Assembly (NCBI GenBank): GCA_030147845.1
Contig: JASBUN010000041.1
Span: 34,630 to 98,629, forward strand
Source: Gammaproteobacteria bacterium
GTDB lineage: Bacteria; Pseudomonadota; Gammaproteobacteria; JASBUN01
DNA: 64,000 bases
Direction of reading: 5' to 3'
A program made the position numbers and the translations under genes. Shown here piece by piece: positions 39,206 to 48,578 of this stretch (positions are counted from its first letter, which is position 1; each line of letters opens with the position of its first letter). The notes below the pieces were generated by a model. The model worked only from the letters and a program-made list of their open reading frames with translations, ran no database searches and had not been told where the DNA came from.

Positions 39206-39880
39206 TTATACCAACTTTCTGCTCAACGCATGAAATACAAGTTCATCGTCCAGGCAGCCGACGTGCACATCGTCGACATTGATAATTCCCTTAATGAACG
39301 TCGAAGCCGCTTTCGCCACGGTCGCCGGTGCGACTTCAATCTGATCCGCATGAAAGCGGAAAATATTCTTCACTTCACTGACGGGAAATACGTAACGTTC
39401 GCCGTTGCGTTCGGTTACCAGGATACGCTCGTGCGTTTTTATGCCTTCCATGGCGTGCGCCGAGCCTTTATCTAGACCGATAAGATGACCCAGAGAAACG
39501 CATAAGTGAAGTTCCCCTCGAAGATTGATTAGACCCTTTAGCACACGATCGTTGGTGTGCGGTATGCTATGTATCAGGCGCATATCAGCGATTTCACAAA
39601 TCAATCGATTGGGCAGACATAGCCATTCGTTGCCGATTCGAAACATCAGCGCGGATTCGAGTGTGTCGGTCGATGACGCGATCGGTGTGCTGAGGTTTTG
39701 CCCCCATTCATCGAGATAGCCGTCAGGCGCCGCACGGTCGAGCAGGTTACGTCCTGCCGACGAGTAGATGTTACAGTTGTGACAGTGGATGACCTGATCG
39801 AGCTTAGGACAGCGCGGACGCTCGTTGCCCCAAATGCCGATACGATTCCAGCAGTCTATTAGTTTGATATTGGCGCTCAT
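39206..39880 (-). CDS. wspD: CheW-domain coupling protein (WspD-like)
   Basis: The CheW-like region (FRIGNEWLCLP...INLRGEL) follows a Cys-rich N-terminal extension. The position matches wspD. Confidence 0.8.
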   Translation of the reverse strand: MSANIKLIDCWNRIGIWGNERPRCPKLDQVIHCHNCNIYSSAGRNLLDRAAPDGYLDEWGQNLSTPIASSTDTLESALMFRIGNEWLCLPNRLICEIADMRLIHSIPHTNDRVLKGLINLRGELHLCVSLGHLIGLDKGSAHAMEGIKTHERILVTERNGERYVFPVSEVKNIFRFHADQIEVAPATVAKAASTFIKGIINVDDVHVGCLDDELVFHALSRKLV

Positions 39881-39907
39881 CGGCTTTACTGTGGCTTATC
39901 GCACGAC

Positions 39908-41176
39908 TCAGTTCTTCGCGCGTTCGGCTCTCCTTCTAAGCAGCGCGGCGTTTTTGGCATCCCCGCGTTGTTCAACGATCAGCGCGAGGTGGACCAGCGA
40001 CTCGTAGTGTTGAGGGTCGAGGTAAACCGCCTTGCGCAAGTGCTCCTCGGCGGCAGTCGTCTCTCCTAGGGACTCTTCGATTAGGCCCAATAAAAAATAG
40101 CTGTCCCCACATGGGCCATCGCTACTAATCTGTTCCTGACAAATCGCTCTGGCGGCCTGCAAATCACCCTTATCCGCTAGCTGCCGCGCACGCTGCAATG
40201 GCTTGATCTTCGCCGCTGTTGCGTCGGCCGCCGGCGCCGTCGCTGTGATGCCCGTAGGCGCAGGCCTGACTTGCGTCGGTGCGTTTATGCGCTGATGCGG
40301 CGGCCGAGCGCTTGCATCGCGCCGCCGTATCGATGCCTTTTGTGCAGGACGATCGGCCGCATTCTTGCTTGCCTCAGGCAGCACCTTTCTGAACGAGAAG
40401 GCGCTCGCCGGCCCCAAGCTGGTAAATAGTGTCTGCGGAATGACGCCGCACTCGGCATGCCCCAAGAACAGAACTCCGTCGTCTTTTAATACGCGGTGCA
40501 AAGTCTTGTGTGCACGCTGCTTGGTCTGCTCGTCAAAATAGATGAGCAGGTTGCGACAAAAGATGATGTCGTAGTTATGTCCCGGTATACCGGTGGTATT
40601 GGACAGTATATTGCCTTGGCGGAAATAAACTTGATCGCGAATTTGCTTGGCGATTATGTAGCGATCGTGTTCGCGCTGGAAGTAACGCTCACGAATAGTC
40701 GGGTCCTGTTTGCCGCGAAACGAGTGCATTCCGTAGGAGCCGCGTAGTGCGTATTCAAGCGCTTGTTGACTGACGTCGATGGCATCGATTTTAAACTGCG
40801 CGGCGCGTAAACCGGCCTCAAACAGCGTGATGGCAATAGAGTAGGGTTCTTCGCCAGTTGAACATGGCAGGCTGAGTATGTGCAGCGGCTCTTGCTCGGT
40901 AATACGCCCAAAACGTTGATGCACGTTTTCTTTTAGGGTTACAAACGGCTTCGAATCACGAAAAAACCAAGTCTCGGGCACCACAACCGCTTCAATAAGC
41001 TGCTTAAGTTCACCTGGCGATGTTTGCAGATGATCGGCATATTCTTCCAATCGTTCAATGCGGCATACGGCCATACGCTGATGCGCGGCACTGTCGATTG
41101 CGGACGTGCCGACCGATTGCGCGTGTAGTCCGATGTGTTCCTTCAGCAGCTGAGCGATGCGGTCAAGAGTGTTCAT
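39908..41176 (-). CDS. wspC: CheR methyltransferase with C-terminal TPR (WspC-like)
   Basis: ETWFFRD, SLPCSTGEEPYSIAI and FCRNLLIYF motifs, with a TPR-like tail. Confidence 0.9.
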   Translation of the reverse strand: MNTLDRIAQLLKEHIGLHAQSVGTSAIDSAAHQRMAVCRIERLEEYADHLQTSPGELKQLIEAVVVPETWFFRDSKPFVTLKENVHQRFGRITEQEPLHILSLPCSTGEEPYSIAITLFEAGLRAAQFKIDAIDVSQQALEYALRGSYGMHSFRGKQDPTIRERYFQREHDRYIIAKQIRDQVYFRQGNILSNTTGIPGHNYDIIFCRNLLIYFDEQTKQRAHKTLHRVLKDDGVLFLGHAECGVIPQTLFTSLGPASAFSFRKVLPEASKNAADRPAQKASIRRRDASARPPHQRINAPTQVRPAPTGITATAPAADATAAKIKPLQRARQLADKGDLQAARAICQEQISSDGPCGDSYFLLGLIEESLGETTAAEEHLRKAVYLDPQHYESLVHLALIVEQRGDAKNAALLRRRAERAKN

Positions 41177-41711
41177 CGTTTACCACTGCCGGGGCGATCG
41201 ACACATGTGCGTCAATTGCGCATCTGGATGTGCTGGCGGAAGTTGGCGCAGGCGCGAGTTGGTCCGACTGAAACAGTCGCGCAAGCACCGAGTCCGGAAG
41301 CATGCGATTGTGATCGACTAGCTGAATGAGCCCATCGGCGTCGCTGCAGATACCTTCGAGAAAAGGGGCGGCTGCGACCGTGACTCCCGACGGGACTAAT
41401 TCGTCCTCGCGTCGATGTATGGTTCCATTTACCTGCTCGGCGATCAGGCCAAGGACGTGCGATGTAGCGGAAGCGGCTGTATGGCGAACCAAAATAATGC
41501 GCGTACTCATGCGCGTCAGGCTGGGGCGCTGTTCGAACAGCTGGCATAGATCGATTACCGGAACCGGCGTGCCGCGGTAACTGAAAATGCCGGCGACATA
41601 GGCATCCGATAACGGTAGCTGCTTCATGCGCACCACCGGCGTTATCTCGACAACCGCGTCTGTCCGCATTGCGTAACGTTCTTCGCCTATTGTGAAAGTT
41701 ACCAGTAGCAT
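41163..41711 (-). CDS. wspB: CheW coupling protein (WspB-like)
   Basis: LLVTFTIGEERYAM...IFSYRGTPVPVIDL is the CheW fold pattern. Confidence 0.85.
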   Translation of the reverse strand: MLLVTFTIGEERYAMRTDAVVEITPVVRMKQLPLSDAYVAGIFSYRGTPVPVIDLCQLFEQRPSLTRMSTRIILVRHTAASATSHVLGLIAEQVNGTIHRREDELVPSGVTVAAAPFLEGICSDADGLIQLVDHNRMLPDSVLARLFQSDQLAPAPTSASTSRCAIDAHVSIAPAVVNDEHS

Positions 41712-41723
41712 TGATCGGCGCGG

Positions 41724-43967
41724 CTACGACGCTACCCGGAAACGTGCGACCCCGGTTTGCAAATCTTGGGCCGCACCTTTCAGTTGTTGGATCGATTGGC
41801 TCGACTGGCGCAGTGAAGCTGCGGTTTGCTGCGCCGTTTCATTAAGCTGCGTCATGCTTTCGCTTATTTGTCCCGCAGCGTCCGATTGCGACTGCATGCC
41901 GTGATTCACTGTTTCAAAGCGCGGTGTGAGCGTCTGGACCTGTTCGATGATCTGTGCCAGCTGTCCACCAACTTGCGCGACTTCATCGACAGCGCGGGCA
42001 ACTTCTTCCGAGAATTTATCCATGCCCATCACTCCGGCAGAGACCGAGGATTGCATGTCTTTGACCATTTGCTCGATGTCCCAGGTGGAAACGGCCGTTT
42101 GGTCGGCAAGACGCCGTATTTCACTGGCAACCACCGAAAACCCGCGGCCATACTCACCGGCTTTTTCCGCCTCGATAGCAGCATTGAGCGACAACAGGTT
42201 GGTTTGATCGGCGACTTTGGTAATGGTCGTTACAACCGTGCTGATGTTGCCGGTTTTCTCGCTCAGGACGGCCAATTTTCCGGTGATTGTATCGGTTGCC
42301 TGGCGCATGCGATGCATGGTTTCCTGCATGCGCGCCAAAGCGCTATGACCGTCGGCGGCGGAGTCGGCGGTATCTTCGGCAACAGCGGTTACTTCCTCCA
42401 TCGTTTTGACCAATTCTTTGGAGGTCGCCGATATCTGAGTCACCGTTGCCATGACTTCATTCGTGCTGGCTGCCTGCTCGGTCGCAGTCGCCTCCTGCTG
42501 TCGAGCCGTGGCGGCAATTTCGGCCGCTGACGCGTTTACCTGGTTACCGGAGTGCTGAACCTGTGTCACCAAATTGTTGAGGTTGGCGATCATGATGTGA
42601 ATATTCTCAGCCAGCTCGTCGATGGTCTCGGTGCCGTGAAAATCGGCCAGCGTGCCGGTTAGATCGCCCCGTGCGGCCTTCTCGACCACCGACAATAGCA
42701 GTAACACTTTCTCTCGAAGCGCTTCGGATTGTTGATTTTGTCGGCATACAGCATCGTTTAACGCGGCGGTCATAGCATGTAGCGTGCTGGCGACGTTTTC
42801 GATCTCGTCGCCGCCGTGGATGTGTTCGAGGTGGGTCACCACGCCCTGGTCGTCGACACTTTGCATAACCTCGCCGATGGCGGTGACGCCGCTCTCGACG
42901 GCGCGCGTCATAGGGCGGATGATGCCGCGGGTCAGCAGTACGGCGAGCGCGATGACGGCACCGATGGCGAGCGCCAGCATGATCAGCACGACGCTGACGG
43001 TGTGGGTGGACTGCCTTACCAATGCGTCGCCAATCTGTTGAATATTGGTTACCTGCATTGCCACCAATTGCTCGATGTCGTGATTGAGTGTCTGTACAAG
43101 TGGGCCCAATTCTGTGCGTATCAAGTAGGCGTCCTGACGCCATTGGTCGCTGTCGTGCGTTTTGAGGATATATTTGAAATGCTCATCGAATTTTTGCAAT
43201 AGCGCAGGGATTTGCGCCATCGCTGCATCTTGATCCAATGCCAGCGATTTTCCATATGTGTCGCGTAAATGCGTCATTTGTTGCGCAAAATACTCGCGAT
43301 AATTTTTTACCTCATCGACGGCCGAGGCTGCCCGAAAACCAAGGTATCCGCGCAGGCCGCCCATGAGTCGAGCCCAGGCATAGCGCATCTCGTTGGCATC
43401 GTGAATCAATCCGCTGCGTTCGTGTCCTGCGCCGCGATCCTCTTCGGCGCGCAGAATGGTATCGACGTCTTGCAGCAGCTGCTGGCTAAGCGGGTTGACG
43501 TTGCGCGCCGAATAACTCATCGCGGGAAAATTCTTATTACGGTCGGTTGCCAGGGTAAACATCGTTTCCTGGTAGGTCTTGAACTTATTCATATCCGATT
43601 CAATTTTGTGCACCAGCCGCGCGGCTTTGGGATCGGAGCGCACGCTCGATTCTTGCTTAAGTTTTACCAAGAGCGTATTGGCCATCTTTAAGTGGTTGAG
43701 ATAATCGAGCTGATGGCGCTTCTCTTTACCCAGTAGGTAAAAGCCGAGTTCGCCGAGCGCCGCCTTGAGGTCGGCGGACAGCTCCAGGGAACGAATGACG
43801 GTGCGCTGATGCTCTTCGACCACTTCCGAAGTCGCGTGCCGAATGGATAACAAACTGGCCACGGTTTGCGCGGCCACCACGGCGAGAATCAGCAAGAGGG
43901 CGCCGAAGCCAACGAACATCTTGCGCTTCACGCTCATGCGTTTGAATCCTGAAATGATAAATGACAC
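41724..43967 (-). CDS. wspA: Methyl-accepting chemotaxis protein (WspA-like)
   Basis: Signalling-domain core [36 protein letters not shown], with two TM segments and a HAMP region. The start could also be a downstream ATG (M11 or M17). Confidence 0.9.
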   Translation of the reverse strand: MSFIISGFKRMSVKRKMFVGFGALLLILAVVAAQTVASLLSIRHATSEVVEEHQRTVIRSLELSADLKAALGELGFYLLGKEKRHQLDYLNHLKMANTLLVKLKQESSVRSDPKAARLVHKIESDMNKFKTYQETMFTLATDRNKNFPAMSYSARNVNPLSQQLLQDVDTILRAEEDRGAGHERSGLIHDANEMRYAWARLMGGLRGYLGFRAASAVDEVKNYREYFAQQMTHLRDTYGKSLALDQDAAMAQIPALLQKFDEHFKYILKTHDSDQWRQDAYLIRTELGPLVQTLNHDIEQLVAMQVTNIQQIGDALVRQSTHTVSVVLIMLALAIGAVIALAVLLTRGIIRPMTRAVESGVTAIGEVMQSVDDQGVVTHLEHIHGGDEIENVASTLHAMTAALNDAVCRQNQQSEALREKVLLLLSVVEKAARGDLTGTLADFHGTETIDELAENIHIMIANLNNLVTQVQHSGNQVNASAAEIAATARQQEATATEQAASTNEVMATVTQISATSKELVKTMEEVTAVAEDTADSAADGHSALARMQETMHRMRQATDTITGKLAVLSEKTGNISTVVTTITKVADQTNLLSLNAAIEAEKAGEYGRGFSVVASEIRRLADQTAVSTWDIEQMVKDMQSSVSAGVMGMDKFSEEVARAVDEVAQVGGQLAQIIEQVQTLTPRFETVNHGMQSQSDAAGQISESMTQLNETAQQTAASLRQSSQSIQQLKGAAQDLQTGVARFRVAS

Positions 43968-44193
43968 TGGGGCACCCCTGCCGCCATGCGAACGGCCTTA
44001 TTGTAGGCAGACCATGGCCCGTAACTCCCTGCCGTGGACGCCAGCAGTGCGGCGTCGGGTCGGCGCGAAACGGCGAATCAATCCGATGGTCTGCCAACGG
44101 ACGCCGGCTGGCGCCCGCAGTCATGTCTGACTATCGGCATGAAGCACCATAGTCTTTAGGTGTAAATCAACTACATAGTTAAATGAGAAGGGG

Positions 44194-46770
44194 CTATTCG
44201 GAAAGCCCTGATTTGAGTGCGTAAAGGCACTCCAGGGCCTGTCGCGGGGTCAGTGCGTCGGGGTCAATAGCACGCAAACGCTGTACTACCGGGTGCTCCT
44301 CGTTGGCTGCAAACAGCGCCATCTGTGGCGGCTCGGCAGCGCCCGCACTCGACAGCGGGGTCAAGTCGTTGCGTTCCAACACTTCCAGCCGCGCACGCGC
44401 CTGCGCGATGACGCCCTGCGGGACGCCGGCCAGCGCGGCGACGTGCAGCCCGTAGCTGCGATCCGCCGGACCGTCCTTTAGCGCATGCAGAAACACGATC
44501 GAGTCGCCATGCTCGATAGCGTCCAAGTGCGCATTGCGGATGGCGGGATAGGTGCTCGGCAGTTGTGTCAGTTCGAAATAGTGGGTGGCAAACAGGGTAT
44601 AGGCCCGAACGTGGGTGGCGAGGTGGACGGCGACCGCCCAGGCCAACGATAATCCATCGTAAGTGCTTGTTCCACGTCCAATTTCATCCATCAGCACGAG
44701 ACTGGTCGCGGTCGCATTGTGTAAAATATTGGCGGTTTCGGTCATTTCCACCATAAACGTCGAACGGCCGCTGGCGAGGTCGTCCGAAGCCCCGATACGG
44801 GTGAAAATACGGTCCACCGGGCCCAGCTCGACGTGTTTTGCGGGGACAAAACTACCGATATACGCCATTAGCACGATCAGTGCAGTTTGCCGCATATAGG
44901 TCGATTTTCCGCCCATGTTCGGGCCGGTTATTATCAGCATCGGGTGCTGATCGTCGACTTCGGTGTGGTTGGGCACAAAGGCGTGTTCGAGCACACGCTC
45001 GACCACCGGGTGGCGGCCGTCGCGGATAACGATGCCGGGCGCGTCGCTGAGTTCGGGGCACGTATAGTCGAGTGAATCGGCGCGCTCGCTGAGATTGACC
45101 AGTACGTCCAGTTCGGCCAGCGCTGCGGCGCTGAGCTGCAATACCCCCAGGTGCTCGACGAGCTGATCGAGTAAGCCTTCATACAAGGCCTTTTCACGTG
45201 CCAACGCGCGTTCCCGGGCGCTCAGTACCTTGTCCTCGAAGGCCTTCAATTCGGCCGTGATGTAGCGTTCGGCATTCTTCAGTGTTTGGCGGCGGGTGTA
45301 GTCTGCCGGTACCTGTTCCGACTGGCTGCGGCTGACTTCGATATAGAAGCCGTGCACCCGGTTGTAAGCGACCTTCAGGCCGGCGATGCCGCTACGCTGG
45401 CGTTCGCGCGCCTCCAGCTCGACCAAAAAGTGATCGGCGTTTTGGCTCAGGGCGCGCAATTCATCCAGTTCGGCGTCGTAGCCGCCGGCAATGACACCAC
45501 CGTCGCGCACCAACATGGCGGGGGATTCGACCAGCGCCGATGTCAGCAAGGTTTCGATGTGCGGGTGTTGCGCGATCTCGCCTGCCAGGGAACGCAGACG
45601 TGGCGAATCCAACGGCGCCAAATGACGCTGCAATTCCGGCAGTTGGCCGAGCGCGGCGCGCAGGGTAGTGAGATCGCGCGGGCGCGCGGAACGCAGCGCC
45701 ACACGTGCGAGTATGCGCTCGATGTCGCCAATGCCGCGCAGATGGTCGTGCAGCGCCGAGTAGGCGTGTTCGTCGAGCAAGGTTTGAATGACGTGGTGGC
45801 GCATGCGCAGCACTCGCCGGTCGCGCAAGGGCCGATGAATCCAGCGGCGCAGTAACCGACTGCCCATGGCGGTGGCGGTGTGATCCAGCACACCCGCCAG
45901 GGTGAATTCGTGGCGCCCGGTGATGCTGGTGTCGAGTTCCAGATTGCGACGCGTTGCGGCGTCCAGAATAACACTGTCATCGCGCGCCTCGACGGTCAGG
46001 GCGCGCCAATGCGGCAGTGCGGTACGCTGGGTCTCTTGCACATATTGCAGCAGGCAACCGGCGGCGGCGACGGCCGCGGGCATGTCGTCACAGCCGAAAC
46101 CCGACAAATCGTGTGTGCCGAACTGGGTGTTCAACAAGCGCTGGGCGGTGTCGGCTTCAAAGTGCCACGGCGGGCGGCGGCGCAAACCGGGCCGGGCGCC
46201 GATGACGTCGGCAACTTCGCTGTCCTCGCTGAGCAGGAGTTCGGCCGGCTTCAGGCGTTCCAGCTCGCTGGACAATGCTTCGCCGCCGCTGACTTCCTGC
46301 ACACTGCATCGACCGCCACTGAGGTCGAGCGCGGCGATTCCGTATCGGTCACGCTGTTGATGTACGGCAACGAGAAGATTGTCGCGACGTTCGCCGAGCA
46401 GCGCCTCGTCGGTCACGGTGCCGGGCGTGACGATGCGCACCACCTGTCGCTCGACCGGCCCTTTGCTGAGTGCCGGGTCGCCGATTTGTTCGCAAATGGC
46501 GACCGACTCGCCGGCGCGTACCAACTTGGCCAGATAACCGTCGGCGGCATGGTAGGGCACGCCGGCCATGGGGATGGGTTGACCGCCCGATTGCCCGCGC
46601 GCGGTCAAGGTAATGTCGAGCAGACGGGCGGCCTTGCGCGCATCGTCATAGAACAATTCGTAGAAATCGCCCATGCGATAGAACAGCAAAATGTCCGCAT
46701 GTTCCGCCTTGATGCGTAAATATTGCTGCATCATTGGCGTATGCGGCACATTTATTTCTAATGAGCTCAT
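44194..46770 (-). CDS. mutS: DNA mismatch repair protein MutS
   Basis: [27 protein letters not shown] and STFMVEM motifs; 858 aa. Confidence 0.97.
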   Translation of the reverse strand: MSSLEINVPHTPMMQQYLRIKAEHADILLFYRMGDFYELFYDDARKAARLLDITLTARGQSGGQPIPMAGVPYHAADGYLAKLVRAGESVAICEQIGDPALSKGPVERQVVRIVTPGTVTDEALLGERRDNLLVAVHQQRDRYGIAALDLSGGRCSVQEVSGGEALSSELERLKPAELLLSEDSEVADVIGARPGLRRRPPWHFEADTAQRLLNTQFGTHDLSGFGCDDMPAAVAAAGCLLQYVQETQRTALPHWRALTVEARDDSVILDAATRRNLELDTSITGRHEFTLAGVLDHTATAMGSRLLRRWIHRPLRDRRVLRMRHHVIQTLLDEHAYSALHDHLRGIGDIERILARVALRSARPRDLTTLRAALGQLPELQRHLAPLDSPRLRSLAGEIAQHPHIETLLTSALVESPAMLVRDGGVIAGGYDAELDELRALSQNADHFLVELEARERQRSGIAGLKVAYNRVHGFYIEVSRSQSEQVPADYTRRQTLKNAERYITAELKAFEDKVLSARERALAREKALYEGLLDQLVEHLGVLQLSAAALAELDVLVNLSERADSLDYTCPELSDAPGIVIRDGRHPVVERVLEHAFVPNHTEVDDQHPMLIITGPNMGGKSTYMRQTALIVLMAYIGSFVPAKHVELGPVDRIFTRIGASDDLASGRSTFMVEMTETANILHNATATSLVLMDEIGRGTSTYDGLSLAWAVAVHLATHVRAYTLFATHYFELTQLPSTYPAIRNAHLDAIEHGDSIVFLHALKDGPADRSYGLHVAALAGVPQGVIAQARARLEVLERNDLTPLSSAGAAEPPQMALFAANEEHPVVQRLRAIDPDALTPRQALECLYALKSGLSE

Positions 46771-46843
46771 GCCGTTACGCTGCTCTACTTATTGAAATAT
46801 AAATATTTATAGTTTTTCCCTCGTCTCTTAACGTCTCATTGGG

Positions 46844-46940
46844 TCTCACGAAATATCATCCAATCTCACGAAAAAGTGTAACTTGAAGTGTAACTTTTGC
46901 TGGTGTAACTTTTGTTGAAATCCAAAAGTTACACTTTTTT
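46844..46940. repeat. Repeat array between mutS and the integrase
   Basis: TCTCACGAAA occurs twice (46844-46853 and 46864-46873, 20 bp apart). GTGTAACTT occurs three times direct (46876, 46888, 46903). The 12-mer GTGTAACTTTTG lies at 46888-46899 and 46903-46914, with its exact inverse CAAAAGTTACAC at 46923-46934. The last pair forms a 12-bp stem with an 8-nt loop, followed by TTTTTT (46935-46940). Confidence 0.75.
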
Positions 46941-46975
46941 CCTTTCCCAGGACAAACTGACATCAACCCAAGAGG

Positions 46976-48286
46976 ATGCCAATGGGAACAGTACAGAGTA
47001 CCAAACCTCTATCTTCCCGGACAGTGGAGACGATGAAGCCGGGAGATAAGATTAAGGCCGACACGGGAGAAAACATTGGGTTGCGAGTGAAATGTGGGGC
47101 TACCGGCGTAAAGACATTTTTCTATCGCTATACCAGCCCGATCACCTCAAAGCTCGTTCAGGTGAAAATCGGCAACTTCCCGGAGACCTCCCTGGCCGAA
47201 GCGAGATTGAAGCTCCAGGGACTTAAACAAATTCGCCGCCAGGGGCACTGCCCGGCAACTGAGGCCAAAGAGGAGAAACGGCAGAAACGGGAGCAAGCCC
47301 AGGAATTGGAACAGGGACGAGTAGAGTCAGTAGAGAAGCCCTTCACCGCGGAGAACCTCGTAGAACTCTACCTGACCCAGTATATCGAAGACCGGAAATC
47401 TCCAAGCGGAAGAAAAATCGCCGGTGCACGAAAACCGAAAGGTCAGTCTGAGACGCGCAGAACCCTCTATGGCGATGTGATTCCCAAGTTGGGGGAGATG
47501 CCGGCAAATGCTGTCACGCGAAAGGCTGTGGTGGATATGATCATGGCAATTGTTCAACGTGGGGCAAATGTTCAAGCAGGAAATGTACTGAGAGAGCTTG
47601 CCGCCGCCTACGAATTTGCGATTGGTCTGGGCTATTTTTCAGATGAGTTTGCAAATCCGGCAATTCTCGCCAAATCAAGCCTCAAACAGGCCAAGGTGAA
47701 GCTTACCCATCAACGAGGAAAAAGAGTCCTCTCTGATACCGAGTTGGCGACGTTGCTGAAATGGTTGCCTGGCGCTGATTACACCGCAACACAAAAGAAT
47801 GTTCTTCGATTTACCCTCTGGACAGGGTGTCGTACCGGAGAGGTCTGCAATGCGGCCTGGAAGGACATCGACTTGAAGAAACGGACATTCCACATAAGGG
47901 AGAGTAAGACGGAGGTCGAGCGCTATGTACAATTGCCCCGTCAGGCGGTGGAATTCTTAACAACTCTTCGCCTGACCACTGGAGACTATCTGTTCCCATC
48001 CCAGAAAACGCGGCTGCCTATCCAGCAAAAACAACTAACCGAGCAGGCCTGGCGGATGAGGCAAAGCAACAGCATGGTAAATCTTCCGTCCTGGACACCT
48101 CATGATCTGCGCAGAAGTGTCAGGACTGGTCTGTCACGCTTGCAATGTCCTAACGAAGTGGCTGAAGCGGTATTGGGGCATTCACGTAAGGGGATTGAAG
48201 GAACCTACGATTTGCACAGGTACGAGGCGGAGTGTAGGCAGTGGTTACAGAAATGGGCGGATCATCTGGACTCGCTTATTCGTTAG
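46976..48286 (+). CDS. int: Tyrosine integrase, P4/CP4-57-like with N-terminal arm-binding (DUF4102-like) domain
   Basis: N-terminus LRVKCGATGVKTFFYRYTSP...VKIGNFPETSLAEARLK. Catalytic elements WTGCRTGEV, HDLRRSVRT and LGHSRKGIEGTYDLHRY. Confidence 0.92.
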   Translation: MPMGTVQSTKPLSSRTVETMKPGDKIKADTGENIGLRVKCGATGVKTFFYRYTSPITSKLVQVKIGNFPETSLAEARLKLQGLKQIRRQGHCPATEAKEEKRQKREQAQELEQGRVESVEKPFTAENLVELYLTQYIEDRKSPSGRKIAGARKPKGQSETRRTLYGDVIPKLGEMPANAVTRKAVVDMIMAIVQRGANVQAGNVLRELAAAYEFAIGLGYFSDEFANPAILAKSSLKQAKVKLTHQRGKRVLSDTELATLLKWLPGADYTATQKNVLRFTLWTGCRTGEVCNAAWKDIDLKKRTFHIRESKTEVERYVQLPRQAVEFLTTLRLTTGDYLFPSQKTRLPIQQKQLTEQAWRMRQSNSMVNLPSWTPHDLRRSVRTGLSRLQCPNEVAEAVLGHSRKGIEGTYDLHRYEAECRQWLQKWADHLDSLIR

Positions 48287-48578
48287 TAGTTGAGGCTCGA
48301 TCTTACAGTAAGTGCCAGTCTTCAACTGGCCGTGTTCGACCCGTTCCCGTCATTCCGGCGAATGCCGGAGTCCAGGCAGCCGCAAGGAAACGCGGGTCTT
48401 GGAACGATCCTAAGCAGACGGTTAGTCGTGTAAACTGTCCCCAGAATTCCTCCAGGTATTCTGTTGACCGAAAAACCGGGCTGCTTTACACGGATAATGA
48501 CAAACAAACTGCGGTTACTTAAGGCAAGACTGATGAAGCCTGTAGTGGCCGTTCTACCGATCAAAGGAGGTAAACGCC

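Noticed and set aside
46771-46975. Searched for a tRNA or tmRNA 3' end, the usual target of P4-type integrases, at the island junction.
   Set aside because: No acceptor or T-arm-like pairing and no GTTCGAATC-type T-loop were visible. The spacer is AT-rich repeat DNA. No tRNA, rRNA or CRISPR array was recognised anywhere in the window.
48335-48375. The segment CGTCATTCCGGCGAATGCCGGAGTCCAGG (read as VIPANAGVQ by track ORF 48241..48522) resembles a short hairpin element I recall seeing dispersed in several gammaproteobacterial genomes.
   Set aside because: There is a single copy in this window with only a 5-bp stem (CCGGC/GCCGG). I cannot verify the family by eye. The overlapping 93-aa ORF has no start context or motif, so it is not reported as a feature.
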